Positions 19,310 through 29,700 of a DNA stretch of 47,248 bases are shown here, in pieces; positions within the stretch are counted from its first letter, which is position 1, and each line of letters starts with the position of its first letter. Position numbers and translations under genes: made by a program. The stretch spans positions 1-47,248 of the forward strand of contig JAHQWL010000034.1 in NCBI GenBank assembly GCA_029856155.1, written 5' to 3'. Under the pieces are notes generated by a model that ran no database searches, was not told the origin of the DNA, and was given only the letters and a program-made list of their open reading frames with translations. Source of the DNA: Promethearchaeia archaeon (GTDB lineage: Archaea; Asgardarchaeota; Lokiarchaeia; Sigyniarchaeales; SOKP01).

Positions 19310-20169
19310 TGGAAAATCTTTTGGAAGAAAATAACAAGAGTGCTGACGAAGAGTCTGAAGAATTGATAGATAATGAAATAGATAGAAAGTTTGATTTGAC
19401 CATAGATGAGTTACAAAAAAAAAACATCGATATTAAACGAATCAAGAAGATTGATCAATCAAAAAAAAGAGCAACAATAGAATCGGTCTTTGATGAAAGA
19501 ACTATTTTTACTTTAAATAAATTATTAGTAAACGGCCCATTAGAAAGAATAGAAGGTATTATTTCAGCGGGGAAAGAAGCAAATGTGTATCTAGCATATG
19601 ATTTAACTGGAAAAGAGGTCGCTATCAAAATCTATAAGATTGATAGTAATACTTCGAAATGGATGAAAAATTATATCATTGGTGATCCTAGATTCAAGAG
19701 GATTCCTCATAATATTTCAAAGATTATATATTTATGGGCGAGTAAAGAGTATAAAAATCTTAAACGAGCATATAAAGTAGGTTTAAATGTTCCAAATCCT
19801 ATATTCATTAAAAATAATATCTTGATCATGGAATACATCGGATTTGAATCTATTCCTGCTCCAATTTTAAAAGATATTAAGACTCCTAAAAATTCTTTTA
19901 ACCTAATGAATGAAATATTAATATTTATAAAAGAATTATATCAAAAGGCTAAATTAGTTCATGGAGATCTCAGTGAATTTAATATCTTATATCATAATCA
20001 AAAACCAGTTGTAATTGATATTTCTCAAGCTGTATCTATACACCATCCAAAAGCAGAAGTATATTTAGCAAGAGATATAAGTAATATTTTTAACTATTTT
20101 GAGAAATTAGGTACAAACACACCTAATCCTAAAGATTTTTATTATGAGGTTATCAATATAGATACATAA
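19309..20169 (+). CDS. rio1: RIO1 serine/threonine kinase
   Basis: ISAGKEANVY, AIKIY, WASKEYKNL, LVHGDLSEFNIL, IDISQAV...HP. Confidence 0.95.
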   Translation: MENLLEENNKSADEESEELIDNEIDRKFDLTIDELQKKNIDIKRIKKIDQSKKRATIESVFDERTIFTLNKLLVNGPLERIEGIISAGKEANVYLAYDLTGKEVAIKIYKIDSNTSKWMKNYIIGDPRFKRIPHNISKIIYLWASKEYKNLKRAYKVGLNVPNPIFIKNNILIMEYIGFESIPAPILKDIKTPKNSFNLMNEILIFIKELYQKAKLVHGDLSEFNILYHNQKPVVIDISQAVSIHHPKAEVYLARDISNIFNYFEKLGTNTPNPKDFYYEVINIDT

Positions 20170-20212
20170 GAAATTGATAGAAACGAAAAATTATTATAAA
20201 TAAAATAATAAC

Positions 20213-20770
20213 ATGAAAATTGGAAAAAATCGTATTGCTGTCCTGATTGGTAAAGACGGTAAAACAAAAATAGAAATTGAAGAGAAGTTAGGGGTTAAAA
20301 TTAATTTAGATAGTAAATTGGGAAATTGTGAGATTTTACCTCAACCAGAGAATCCAAATTATATGCCTTTAAATGTTTTTACAGCCCAAAAAGTTGTTAA
20401 TGCAATTAATAGAGGTTTTAATCCAACCAAAGCGATGAAATTATTAGAAGAGAATTTTGATCTTGAGATCTTTAATTTATTGAAAATTATCGGAAAATCT
20501 GATAAAAGAATTACGCGTGTAAAAGGAAGAGTAATAGGGAGAAATGGGGAAATGCGAATAGCACTTGAAAAGTTTGCTGAAAGTTTTATCTCTGTTTATG
20601 GAAAAACAGTTTCTATTATTGCAGATTACGATAATTTACAAATTGCTAGAAAAGCAGTAAGTATGTTAATTAATGGAATGCCTCATCATGTGGTTTTACA
20701 ATTTTTGGAGGATAAATACAATATAAAGAAAAAGGAACAATTTAAACAGATGTATAAGCCTGAATTTTAA
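20213..20770 (+). CDS. Pno1/Dim2 KH-domain rRNA-processing protein
   Basis: RIAVLIGKDG, AINRGFNP, RVKGRVIGRNG; follows rio1 as in other archaea. Confidence 0.92.
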   Translation: MKIGKNRIAVLIGKDGKTKIEIEEKLGVKINLDSKLGNCEILPQPENPNYMPLNVFTAQKVVNAINRGFNPTKAMKLLEENFDLEIFNLLKIIGKSDKRITRVKGRVIGRNGEMRIALEKFAESFISVYGKTVSIIADYDNLQIARKAVSMLINGMPHHVVLQFLEDKYNIKKKEQFKQMYKPEF

Positions 20771-20773
20771 AGA

Positions 20774-21142
20774 TTACTTTATAAGCGAATTATGATAAAT
20801 TTTCGAGGCGTTTTTTACTAAATCTTTTCCATATATAACAGCATTTAATTCCTCTAACAAGGAATTTCTATTTGAAATATTATTAACAAAATATAATTCC
20901 TGATATTCTTCTTTGTTATAATTTTTAAGATGAATTTCGAAACTTTTAATTGAATATGTGTTTGTACAATATGATTTAAATAGTGTAATGCAACGAGGAA
21001 AAATATTTTTCTCTCTTAAAAAGATCGCCCAACCATCAAAATAGAATTCGATAGTTGTATCAAAATAATTTTTCCATTTCTCAATTTTAGCTATAACTTC
21101 ATTTATTTCTGTTTGAATATCTGGTGAAAACTTATTATTCAT
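20774..21142 (-). CDS. Hypothetical protein
   Basis: ORF with host-like composition downstream of ftsZ; likely start MNNKF (21142). Confidence 0.6.
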   Translation of the reverse strand: MNNKFSPDIQTEINEVIAKIEKWKNYFDTTIEFYFDGWAIFLREKNIFPRCITLFKSYCTNTYSIKSFEIHLKNYNKEEYQELYFVNNISNRNSLLEELNAVIYGKDLVKNASKIYHNSLIK

Positions 21143-21188
21143 AAAATAATATCTAAAAAGAATTATATAAAGGGAGATCAAAAAAAAA

Positions 21189-22298
21189 TTAATCAAATGT
21201 AATTTCGCCTATATTAAAAATATCATCAGATAATCCTAATTTTGAAGTTTTTTTAATATTGGAATTATATGTAGAATTATTGAAAGAATACCCACTGCCG
21301 AAAATCTGAGGAGATTTAATACCAGTTATTAGAAGCATAACTCTTAAAAGTCCATCAAATTCATCTGAAACACGAGCACCCCAAATTACCATTGAATCAT
21401 TTACATCCATTTTTTCTGATATCTTCTTAGCTACTGAATTAGCTTCTGCTAATGTCATATCATTTCCTCCACAAATATGAATTAAAGCACCTTTAGCACC
21501 ATCAATACTTACGTCTAATAAAGGAGTATTAAGAGCATCATTAATAGCATCTTCAACACGATGATCTTTTCCACTAGATTCACCAACACCTACAATAGCA
21601 ACCCCTCCAGTACTTAAAATAGTTCTTACATCGGCAAAATCCAAGTTTATTAAAGAGGGTAAAGATATTGTTTCGGTTATACCTTTAACCATAGTAGCTA
21701 AAACTTCATCTGCCACGCTGAAGGCTTCTATAATAGGTAGATTTGGTGCAATTTCTAGTAATCTATTATTATCTATTACTACTAATGTGTCGACATAACG
21801 TTTCAATAGATTCAAACCCATTTTTGCTTTATCAATCCGACCTATTTCAGTAGCAAAAGGCAATGTTACTACTCCAACAACAATTGCCCCTTCCAATTTT
21901 GCGATTTCTGCAATTATAGGAGCACTTCCAGTCCCTGTTCCTCCCCCCTCTCCACATGTAATAAAAACTAAATTTGATTCTCTTAATATTTTAGTAAGAT
22001 CTTCACGAGATTCTTCAGCTGCGGCTCTACCTATCTCAGGGTTTCCCCCAGCACCAAGTCCTTTCGTCAAATTCTTTCCAATCAGAATTTTTATATGAGA
22101 TTCAATACTATCTAAATGTTGGCAGTCTGTATTCACACCTACACATTTAGCACCCCTTATACCTATTTTCATCAATCTATTAATTGTATTATTACCAGCT
22201 CCACCACATCCAATGATTTTTATATTAGCATACCCGAAGTTCTCAATCTTTGGTCGAATTATTTCTCTTTCCCGAGCGTTTTTTATGAATGATTCCAT
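21189..22298 (-). CDS. ftsZ: Cell division protein FtsZ
   Basis: GCGGAGNN, NTD, GAGGNP, GGGTGTG tubulin signature, NLDFAD. Confidence 0.98.
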   Translation of the reverse strand: MESFIKNAREREIIRPKIENFGYANIKIIGCGGAGNNTINRLMKIGIRGAKCVGVNTDCQHLDSIESHIKILIGKNLTKGLGAGGNPEIGRAAAEESREDLTKILRESNLVFITCGEGGGTGTGSAPIIAEIAKLEGAIVVGVVTLPFATEIGRIDKAKMGLNLLKRYVDTLVVIDNNRLLEIAPNLPIIEAFSVADEVLATMVKGITETISLPSLINLDFADVRTILSTGGVAIVGVGESSGKDHRVEDAINDALNTPLLDVSIDGAKGALIHICGGNDMTLAEANSVAKKISEKMDVNDSMVIWGARVSDEFDGLLRVMLLITGIKSPQIFGSGYSFNNSTYNSNIKKTSKLGLSDDIFNIGEITFD

Positions 22299-22406
22299 AT
22301 TTTATCAAATTTTAGTTTAATTTGTACAAAGAATTAAAATCAAAAAATTAGAATTAATGTGATATCGGAATATTACAGAATAAAGCTGTTTAGAATTAAA
22401 TGTGAT

Positions 22407-23627
22407 TCAATTTAATGAAAAATCTTCATCAATTTCAGGATTAAAAATTTTTTTAATGGTAGTATCATTAATAAGAAGAATTTTTGGCAACGAATATGGA
22501 AATCTATTTGAAAATGTAAGACAATAGGCACCTGTATTAGTAACAAGAACTTTATCCCCTTTTAATAAACTTTCTGTAAAAAAATAGTCTTTTGCTAATA
22601 CATCTTGATCCGTGGGAATAATACCTGCAATTGAAGTTTTATATTTATGGGGTTCATTAATCTGAGAGGCATTATAAAACCTTAAAGAACATCGTGCAAA
22701 TTTTGGGCAAATATGATTACCTAAATTTATAAATACCCATCTATCCTCACAAACTTTTACAATTTTTGAAATAAACAACCCAGCGTCTCCTATAAAATAC
22801 CTTCCGGGTTCGAAATAAATATTTCTATAATTCACTTCAAATTCCTTTAAAGCACATTTAATCTCCTTAGCGATATGTTTCAATTGGACTTGGGGCATAA
22901 CATTAGCTTCTGGAAACCCACCTCCAAGATTTATATCTTTAATATCTATACCATGATCTGATAAAAGTTTTAAGTTAGATGCTATAGCTTTAACATTTTT
23001 TCTAAATTGTTTAATATTATTCATTTGGGTACTAAAATGAGACAGAATGGAGGTAATCTTTACATTTTGATAATCTTTAATTATGTTTTTGAATAGAGCT
23101 AATTTTTGTTGATCAAATTTTACGCCTAATTTACTAGCATATTTCTGTGAATTAACTCTAATACTAATATGTTGAATAATATCAAATTTTTTAGCAATAG
23201 AGTTAACTTTTTTCAAAACGTTCAAATCATAAATTATTATTTCTTTTACGTGATTTTTGATACTTAATTCTATCAATTCTTTTGATAAATAAGGTCCACC
23301 AATAATGATCTTATTACTAGGAAATCCAAGTTTAAGAGCTAACTTCAATTCCGGTAATCCTACAATTTCTGCCCCAACTCCCTCAGATAGGACAATTTTA
23401 CAAATTTCTGAAAGAAAATTAGCTTTGAATGAGTAAAAACATTGGAAATTTTCAAATTCTGAGCTAAAAACATTAATAAATGTTTTTATGTTTTCTCTAA
23501 TTCTATTTTCCAAAAAGATTAGCAATGGTGTTTTAAATTGCTTTACAATTTCACTAAAGGATACTGAATCAATAAAAATACCATCACTATCACTTGTTAA
23601 ATATGGATTACCGGAAATATTTTTCAT
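22407..23627 (-). CDS. PLP-dependent Orn/DAP/Arg decarboxylase family (LysA-like) enzyme
   Basis: YSFKAN (PLP Lys), SKLG, NLGGGF, EPGRY, GAY; the usual GPxCExxD appears as GIIPTDQD. Confidence 0.85.
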   Translation of the reverse strand: MKNISGNPYLTSDSDGIFIDSVSFSEIVKQFKTPLLIFLENRIRENIKTFINVFSSEFENFQCFYSFKANFLSEICKIVLSEGVGAEIVGLPELKLALKLGFPSNKIIIGGPYLSKELIELSIKNHVKEIIIYDLNVLKKVNSIAKKFDIIQHISIRVNSQKYASKLGVKFDQQKLALFKNIIKDYQNVKITSILSHFSTQMNNIKQFRKNVKAIASNLKLLSDHGIDIKDINLGGGFPEANVMPQVQLKHIAKEIKCALKEFEVNYRNIYFEPGRYFIGDAGLFISKIVKVCEDRWVFINLGNHICPKFARCSLRFYNASQINEPHKYKTSIAGIIPTDQDVLAKDYFFTESLLKGDKVLVTNTGAYCLTFSNRFPYSLPKILLINDTTIKKIFNPEIDEDFSLN

Positions 23628-23634
23628 AATCTGT

Positions 23635-24936
23635 TTATTTATCGTTGTTTATTAAATTTTTATATGTAAAATGTGTTTTATTACTAATTATATCCCATGT
23701 ATATTTTTGGGATACTTTTAATTGTCCTGCTAAGCCAAATCTTTTTCTTAATCTCTTATTTTTTAGAAGATTTATAACTTTTTGGGCGATATCTTCAAGG
23801 TTATCAAATTCAACTAGTAATCCATCAACATTTTCTCTAATTACTTCTGGAGTTGCTCCGATCCTAGCTCCAATAACAGGTTTTCCAGCAGACCAAGCCT
23901 CAAGAAAAGATATCCCAAATGCGTCACTCCGACTAGGCATTAAATAGATATCAGCTTCTCTAAAAGCTGCTATTTTTTTTTTATCGAAATAACCGATTAA
24001 GTTATCTGGAGTGAAATTTAGAATTCTAGCATTTTTAAGTCTGTGTATTTTCGATAATTCTTGATTAAAAGCGATGGTTGATGGACCAATAAAAACAAAA
24101 TAGACTTTTTTTACCTTGCTAATAATGTAAGGTATTGATTTCAGAATAGATAATGCTCCTTTTTCATAATTTTTATAACCACAAAATAGAATTAGTTTGT
24201 ATTTTTGTTCCTTTTTAATGAAAAATTTTTGCTTAAAATAATTATATTCTAAGGATGATTTATTAACACTTTTAAACCTTTCATAATCCACACCCATTGG
24301 AATAACTTGTATTTTTTCTGGTTGAATTTTACATTTTTCGATTAAGAATTTTCTCTCTAGATTTGTGCACGCAATTAATAAATCAAATTTCTTTAAAACT
24401 TCTATTAATCTTAAGTCCAAATATCGAGGATTAGAAAAATGAAAAAATGGAGTGCATATTACTGGTTTATTAATAGAATTTCCAATGATTAAACTTATAA
24501 TACAGTTAAAATATGGGAAAAAAGTAGTGTGAATTAAATCATAATTCAAATCTGGCGTTTTTAATAAATTTTCTAATAAATCTCCTAAATAAGGTCCATT
24601 TGCAATAAAGGGTTTTAATACTTCATCTCTTATTAAAAGATTATTTAGCGCAGGAATAGTTTTCAATTTATTAAGAATTTCATTTTCAGAGAGATTATAA
24701 TTCACCTGGAATCGATTTATCTTCAAATTATTGACTTTATCATAATATTTATTATCTTTAACGAGCCTTTTTCCGCTAGAATCTCTTAAAGCTTTAAAAT
24801 CTATAGCGTCTGAAGTATATATATCGATGTTATATTTATATTTCATAGTTAATATCTCTGCCATTCGCTGAAAATAGAATTCAGCCCCAGATATTGAAGG
24901 AAAATATCTTGTTGGAAGATATAAAATATTATTCAA
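23635..24936 (-). CDS. Glycosyltransferase family 4
   Basis: YFPSISGAE, VIPMGVD, PSRSDAFGISFLEAWSAGKPVI. Confidence 0.92.
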   Translation of the reverse strand: MNNILYLPTRYFPSISGAEFYFQRMAEILTMKYKYNIDIYTSDAIDFKALRDSSGKRLVKDNKYYDKVNNLKINRFQVNYNLSENEILNKLKTIPALNNLLIRDEVLKPFIANGPYLGDLLENLLKTPDLNYDLIHTTFFPYFNCIISLIIGNSINKPVICTPFFHFSNPRYLDLRLIEVLKKFDLLIACTNLERKFLIEKCKIQPEKIQVIPMGVDYERFKSVNKSSLEYNYFKQKFFIKKEQKYKLILFCGYKNYEKGALSILKSIPYIISKVKKVYFVFIGPSTIAFNQELSKIHRLKNARILNFTPDNLIGYFDKKKIAAFREADIYLMPSRSDAFGISFLEAWSAGKPVIGARIGATPEVIRENVDGLLVEFDNLEDIAQKVINLLKNKRLRKRFGLAGQLKVSQKYTWDIISNKTHFTYKNLINNDK

Positions 24937-24987
24937 TGAGAGAATGAACCTTTTTATTTTTTAAATATAATAGGTATATATATACAA

Positions 24988-25380
24988 ATGTCAAAAGATT
25001 TATTATTTCAAGTTTTTGAAGAAGCAAAGAAAAAACAGATAATTGATGAAAAATTCATATCTTTCTTAGATGAAATTTTTCCTGATAAATCTACTAATGT
25101 TATTGAGGTATTAAAAAGGGGAATTTTAAAATACACATATAAACCATCCAATAGAATCGTATGGACCGCTCAAGGAGAAAATCAAGAGCATTTAATTTAC
25201 CCAAAATTGTTTTGTTCATGTCAAGATTTCTACAAGAACGTCGTTATTAAGAAAAAGCGTACATTTTGTAAGCATATATTAGCTCAAATAATTAGTGAAG
25301 CTTTAAATACATTTAAATCTGTCACTTTAGACGATCAACAATTTAAAGAATTAGTTAGAGAATTAAAGCTAAGAATCTAA
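24988..25380 (+). CDS. SWIM zinc-finger protein (Sws1/ZSWIM7-like)
   Basis: FCSCQDF...FCKHILA SWIM motif. Confidence 0.8.
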   Translation: MSKDLLFQVFEEAKKKQIIDEKFISFLDEIFPDKSTNVIEVLKRGILKYTYKPSNRIVWTAQGENQEHLIYPKLFCSCQDFYKNVVIKKKRTFCKHILAQIISEALNTFKSVTLDDQQFKELVRELKLRI

Positions 25381-25393
25381 TAATTTTTTCAAC

Positions 25394-25990
25394 TTATTTT
25401 ACAGAAATATCTTCTCTTTCCCAATTTTGTAAATACATATTAAATTCTTCCAAACTTATCTGACGCGGTATTTTAATTTGTTTTTTTGCCTCTAATTTCC
25501 TTATTTTAAAAATTAATTTTTTATTTTTTCGGTAAAATTTCTCTGCTTTTGGATATTCTTCTTTAAAAATTTCCTTCAATTTTTCAATATCTAAATTCTC
25601 TAATTCAGAATAATATTCAATAACAAAATTACATAGAGGATCTATCGATATCTCAAAATTAAAAGCATCTATGCGTTTCAATGCTAAAGGGTATGCTTGA
25701 CAAGCTAAAGGTTTAGTATCATGTACTGTACAACCATATGATTTAATATAATACGGACATCCTTTATTTTCATTATCTAATTTTATGCGATAAGTCAAAA
25801 TCAATATTTTCTTATTCTTAATATCTGGAAACACTAAATCTTCGACAATTTTAAAGGCAATGTTGCGTTCCTTTGCAATCTCAATTAATTTATCTGCCTC
25901 ATCTGGATATATAGGAATTCTTTTTACATAGTCACCTGGAACTTCATGACAACATGTACCGCACATTTTACATTTATAATTTAATGACAT
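25394..25990 (-). CDS. YkgJ-family cysteine-cluster protein (CxxCxxCC)
   Basis: CKMCGTCC...CPYY...CTVHDTKPLACQAYP...C. Confidence 0.9.
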   Translation of the reverse strand: MSLNYKCKMCGTCCHEVPGDYVKRIPIYPDEADKLIEIAKERNIAFKIVEDLVFPDIKNKKILILTYRIKLDNENKGCPYYIKSYGCTVHDTKPLACQAYPLALKRIDAFNFEISIDPLCNFVIEYYSELENLDIEKLKEIFKEEYPKAEKFYRKNKKLIFKIRKLEAKKQIKIPRQISLEEFNMYLQNWEREDISVK

Positions 25991-26178
25991 TATGCAAATT
26001 GATATTTTTTACTTAGATTTATAATGTTTTTTTCTAAAATTAATTTTCGGTAAAATGATTTAGATATATCAATTTCTTCTATTTAAACAGTAAGAATCTA
26101 AAAACTCAGGAAATTATAAGAATAAAAGTAAAAAAAATTGAAATATTCTTTATTTGATTAATAGGCTTTTTAATAGCA

Positions 26179-26292
26179 TTAAGGTCCTCCACCATCGCCT
26201 TTCCAACCTAACACAATACTCATCATAGGCAAAATGAAAGCAATGTTGGCTAATACAAATAAAAGAATCCTATATACTTTAAATATTTTCAA
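26179..26292 (-). CDS. 37-aa signal-peptide-like precursor 1: MKIFKVYRILLFVLANIAFILPMMSIVLGWKGDGGGP
   Basis: TTG start, TAA stop; 24/37 identical to the paralog with no indels; TATA box TTTAAATA 57 nt upstream. Confidence 0.8.
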   Translation of the reverse strand: MKIFKVYRILLFVLANIAFILPMMSIVLGWKGDGGGP

Positions 26293-26348
26293 ATTAATTA
26301 TCTTTTTATTAATTGAAATGAATTTATGTCCTTTTTTCTATATTATTC

Positions 26349-26356
26349 TATTTAAA
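26349..26356 (-). promoter_or_regulatory. TATA box (TTTAAATA) of peptide gene 1
   Basis: Consensus archaeal TATA at the same distance from the start codon as in unit 2. Confidence 0.65.
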
Positions 26357-26445
26357 CCGAAATAATCTAAAGATCCAAGGAATTATAAAAATAAATTTAA
26401 AAAAATATTTGAAATATTCTTTATTTGATTAATAGGCTTTTTGTT

Positions 26446-26559
26446 TTATGGTCCTCCACCACTTCCATTATACCCTAATACAATGCTAACCATAGGTAAA
26501 AAGGAAGCAATGCCGATTAATACAAATAAAGCAACTCTATATAACTTTAATAATTTCAA
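26446..26559 (-). CDS. 37-aa signal-peptide-like precursor 2: MKLLKLYRVALFVLIGIASFLPMVSIVLGYNGSGGGP
   Basis: TTG start preceded by AAGGT, TAA stop; paralog of 26179-26292. Confidence 0.8.
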   Translation of the reverse strand: MKLLKLYRVALFVLIGIASFLPMVSIVLGYNGSGGGP

Positions 26560-26615
26560 AATTGTAACCTTTTTTGTAAATGAAATGAATTTATGCCATT
26601 TTTTCTATACTATTC

Positions 26616-26623
26616 TATTTAAA
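26616..26623 (-). promoter_or_regulatory. TATA box (TTTAAATA) of peptide gene 2
   Basis: Consensus archaeal TATA 57 nt upstream of the TTG. Confidence 0.65.
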
Positions 26624-26771
26624 CAGAAAGAATTTTCTATATTTACAAAATAAATAAATCAATTTTTTTTTTAAAAAGAAATATTTTATTCAATTCAAAA
26701 GGAGTTCCGATGAAAAAGTTTAAAAAGTAAATTACTGCATATTAAATTCAGGACAAAAATTAAATAACAAA

Positions 26772-29700
26772 TTGGTAAATTTGGTTAATTCTCCTAATTT
26801 AGATAGCTTGAAAAAATCTGTTATTGATGACCCTATTAGGATAAATCAAGTATTCCTTTCTCTAATAAATGAGTTAAGAGCTTATTTAAATTTGGAAGTA
26901 ATCAATAGGAAAGTAAGAATCCATATTGTCGATGAAATAATAAAAAGTATAGATTTTGATTCAAGATTATCTAGCTATGGGGTATTTAGATTTATTAAAG
27001 AGGGTGTATATCAAATTCAACTCTTTAGGGATTATAGTAAATTCTTTCCTTTCTTATTACTTCAAAGTGCGTATCTAGTTTTTATTCCTGATAATTTAAA
27101 AGAAACCAATCTCATTAATTTTGCTATTAACCAATTTGTTGAAATTGATTTACAAGAATTTACATCAATTAACGAATGGAAGTCATTTATAAGAGAAAAA
27201 TATCTAAATTACAATTTTCTAGTTAATCAATCTGATAAATTTCGGTTTGACAAATTTCTTGAATTAGAAGAAAGTCAATTAATTGAAAGTCCGAAACAAT
27301 ACTTTTTTGAATATATTAGAAGAAATCTAAACTTAAATTATGCTGATAATTTACATTTTACCCTTGGAAAAATATACGAAGATTTTTTATTTAAATCTTC
27401 AAAAAGTTTACAGGATAATGAGATCACCGAAACTCTAAAAGTTTTAACCAAAATTTTCTATAGTGTAAAAAATTGTGATACTTTGGAAGGATTTTGTAAT
27501 AATTTTAAGTCTCTTAAAAATCAGGGGGTCATCGATACCGATTTAAGTTTGCGGAGATTTAGCAAAAACTTACGTTGGATAAATAAATATAGTTTTATAA
27601 CCCCAACATATTATTTTGATTGGAAAGCACTAAATATTGCTCTTTTAACATGCTATCTTAAATTTAATCCACTTTTAGAAAAAGCTCAAATTGACAAGAT
27701 AATTAACCAAATGCCATTCATAATTATGCCAAAACTTTCAGTAGCTAATTTTTCTATAGAATTATCGGCATATTTTGTCATTCCAGAGAGATATATAGAA
27801 GATTTGAAATACCTGTTAGAAAAAATGGAACAAAATGGATATTTGATAAAAAAATTTTGTTCGTTAGCAAAAAAATATGTTTTTTCCTTGAATTTAAATT
27901 ATTTTAGAGAATCTTATAAAAATGGTCAAATAATAAATTATAACAAGAAGAACTACTCAAATGACTATGAACTTGAATTTATACAGGAGTATAGTAAAAA
28001 TTTTAATAAAGCAAATCTTAAACTCTTAGATTTTTTAATTCTGGATAGAATAAGATTCTTTTCCTATGTCGGAATAAACTTTTCAAGAAGAAGGGAAATT
28101 TCAAATATAATAAAATCCGATTATAATAACTTTTTCTCTGGTGAAAATGGTTTAACTAAAGAATTAGAAAATAGTTTAGAAGTTTTAATTAAGTCCCCTA
28201 AACTCCAAGAGGATTTCCTTAATTTTTTAGATAGAAATCAAAGCTTTGGATTTTTCTATATTAAGGATGAGTTAGAAAAATGGGTAAATTACTCACAGAT
28301 AATTGAAAAAGAATCGAAAGATACTATGAATGGTTTTATTAAATTCAAAGAATTTTATGAGAAAGAGCATACCTTACAATTAATTGAAGAAGATGCTATT
28401 TTCGACATTATAGATTCAAACTGCTATTCTTTCAAAAATCTTTTCTTAAATTATTTAAATTCTAAAAAAAAGTATGCAAAAGAAGTTGAAAAAATCCGAT
28501 TTTTTTTCCAATTTTTAAAATTATGCTCTAATTTAAAAATTTTTAATGTCAAATCAATTAAAAAATTAATATCTAATTTGGAATTATTAAAGGAAATTAC
28601 TCAAATAAAAAAAGAACGCCTTAGAAATTTAAAAAAAAATAATAAATGTTATGAAATAACAAATAAAACTATCAATCTCAAAATCAATGAATTTATCAAT
28701 GATAATCCTAAGATAATCAAACCTTATTTAATTGATAGTATTTGGACAAACACAATCTCAAGCTATTTTCCTCAATTAATTTTAAAGAATTCCCCTGAAG
28801 TTCAAGTCATATTAGATAAAATGAAAAAATGGTTTCCAAAAATTTATTTCTACGAAACTACAGATTTATTCAACAAACAAGAATATGTCTTCTTACAATT
28901 TTTTATCCCAAATTTGAAGAATAATGAAAAAATAATTTTCATATCAATATTATCTAATATTTTTAACAAAGATATTATCTCATTTAACCGGTATTCTTGG
29001 AATGGATTATTACAGACTTTTTCAAGAAAAGATTTTTACGATTTCAATCGGAAAGTCTTTTTCTATACTAAAGACCTTTTTGAGCAATACTTTCTTTACA
29101 TTAAAGGAATTTTGGGTGAAGAATTAAAATCATTTAAAGAAAAAAGCGTTACTTCACCCAATCTTTGGACTATAAAAAAAAATATGAAAAATCTTCTTAA
29201 TAAAATCAATAGACGAATTATAACTGAACATGTCAGTTTTAAAACAAATGATATTCAAAAATTATTAAGTTTCCATTTAAATCTTGAAAAATATTTCAGG
29301 AATAAAGAAGAATTTGAAATAACAATTAAAGAAAATTATTTCAAACAATATGTGAAATCAATAAAATTCATTCCTGCTTTCCAAAATTTTGGCTTAGGAC
29401 AATATTTATTATATATTACTCCTTTTAATTTAGAAGAAATCGATTTTAAAATGCTATTTACAAATACATTTCAAAAGATTAAACACATAGCTTCAATCGA
29501 TAGTTCAAATTCATTATTTATTAAATATATTTTTCCTTTTAACGAGCCTAACACTTCATATCTTAACTGGTTGAGAAGTAAGAATAAAATCAGAGAATAT
29601 TGCCTACTTACAATTAAATCTATATCTCAAATTTTTCATTTCAACCATAATTTAAGTTCAAATGGCTGGTATCTAGATCCTAATAATTTCAAAACCTATA

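Larger units (their letters stand above)
26077..26702. repeat. Tandem ~268-bp repeat units (two full units plus a partial third)
   Basis: TTCTATTTAAAC at 26077, 26346 and 26613; identical 34-bp block at 26138-26171 and 26409-26442, with a degenerate copy from 26678. Confidence 0.9.

Noticed and set aside
18395-20770. Absence of aIF-1A next to rio1 in the NMD3-rio1-Pno1 cluster
   Set aside because: Simple rearrangement is common and the gene is probably elsewhere; nothing in the window suggests loss.
26441-26653. 70-aa plus-strand ORF MFYGPPPLPL...
   Set aside because: Antisense shadow of peptide gene 2. The equivalent start is not conserved in the first repeat unit, whereas the minus-strand ORF is conserved in both.
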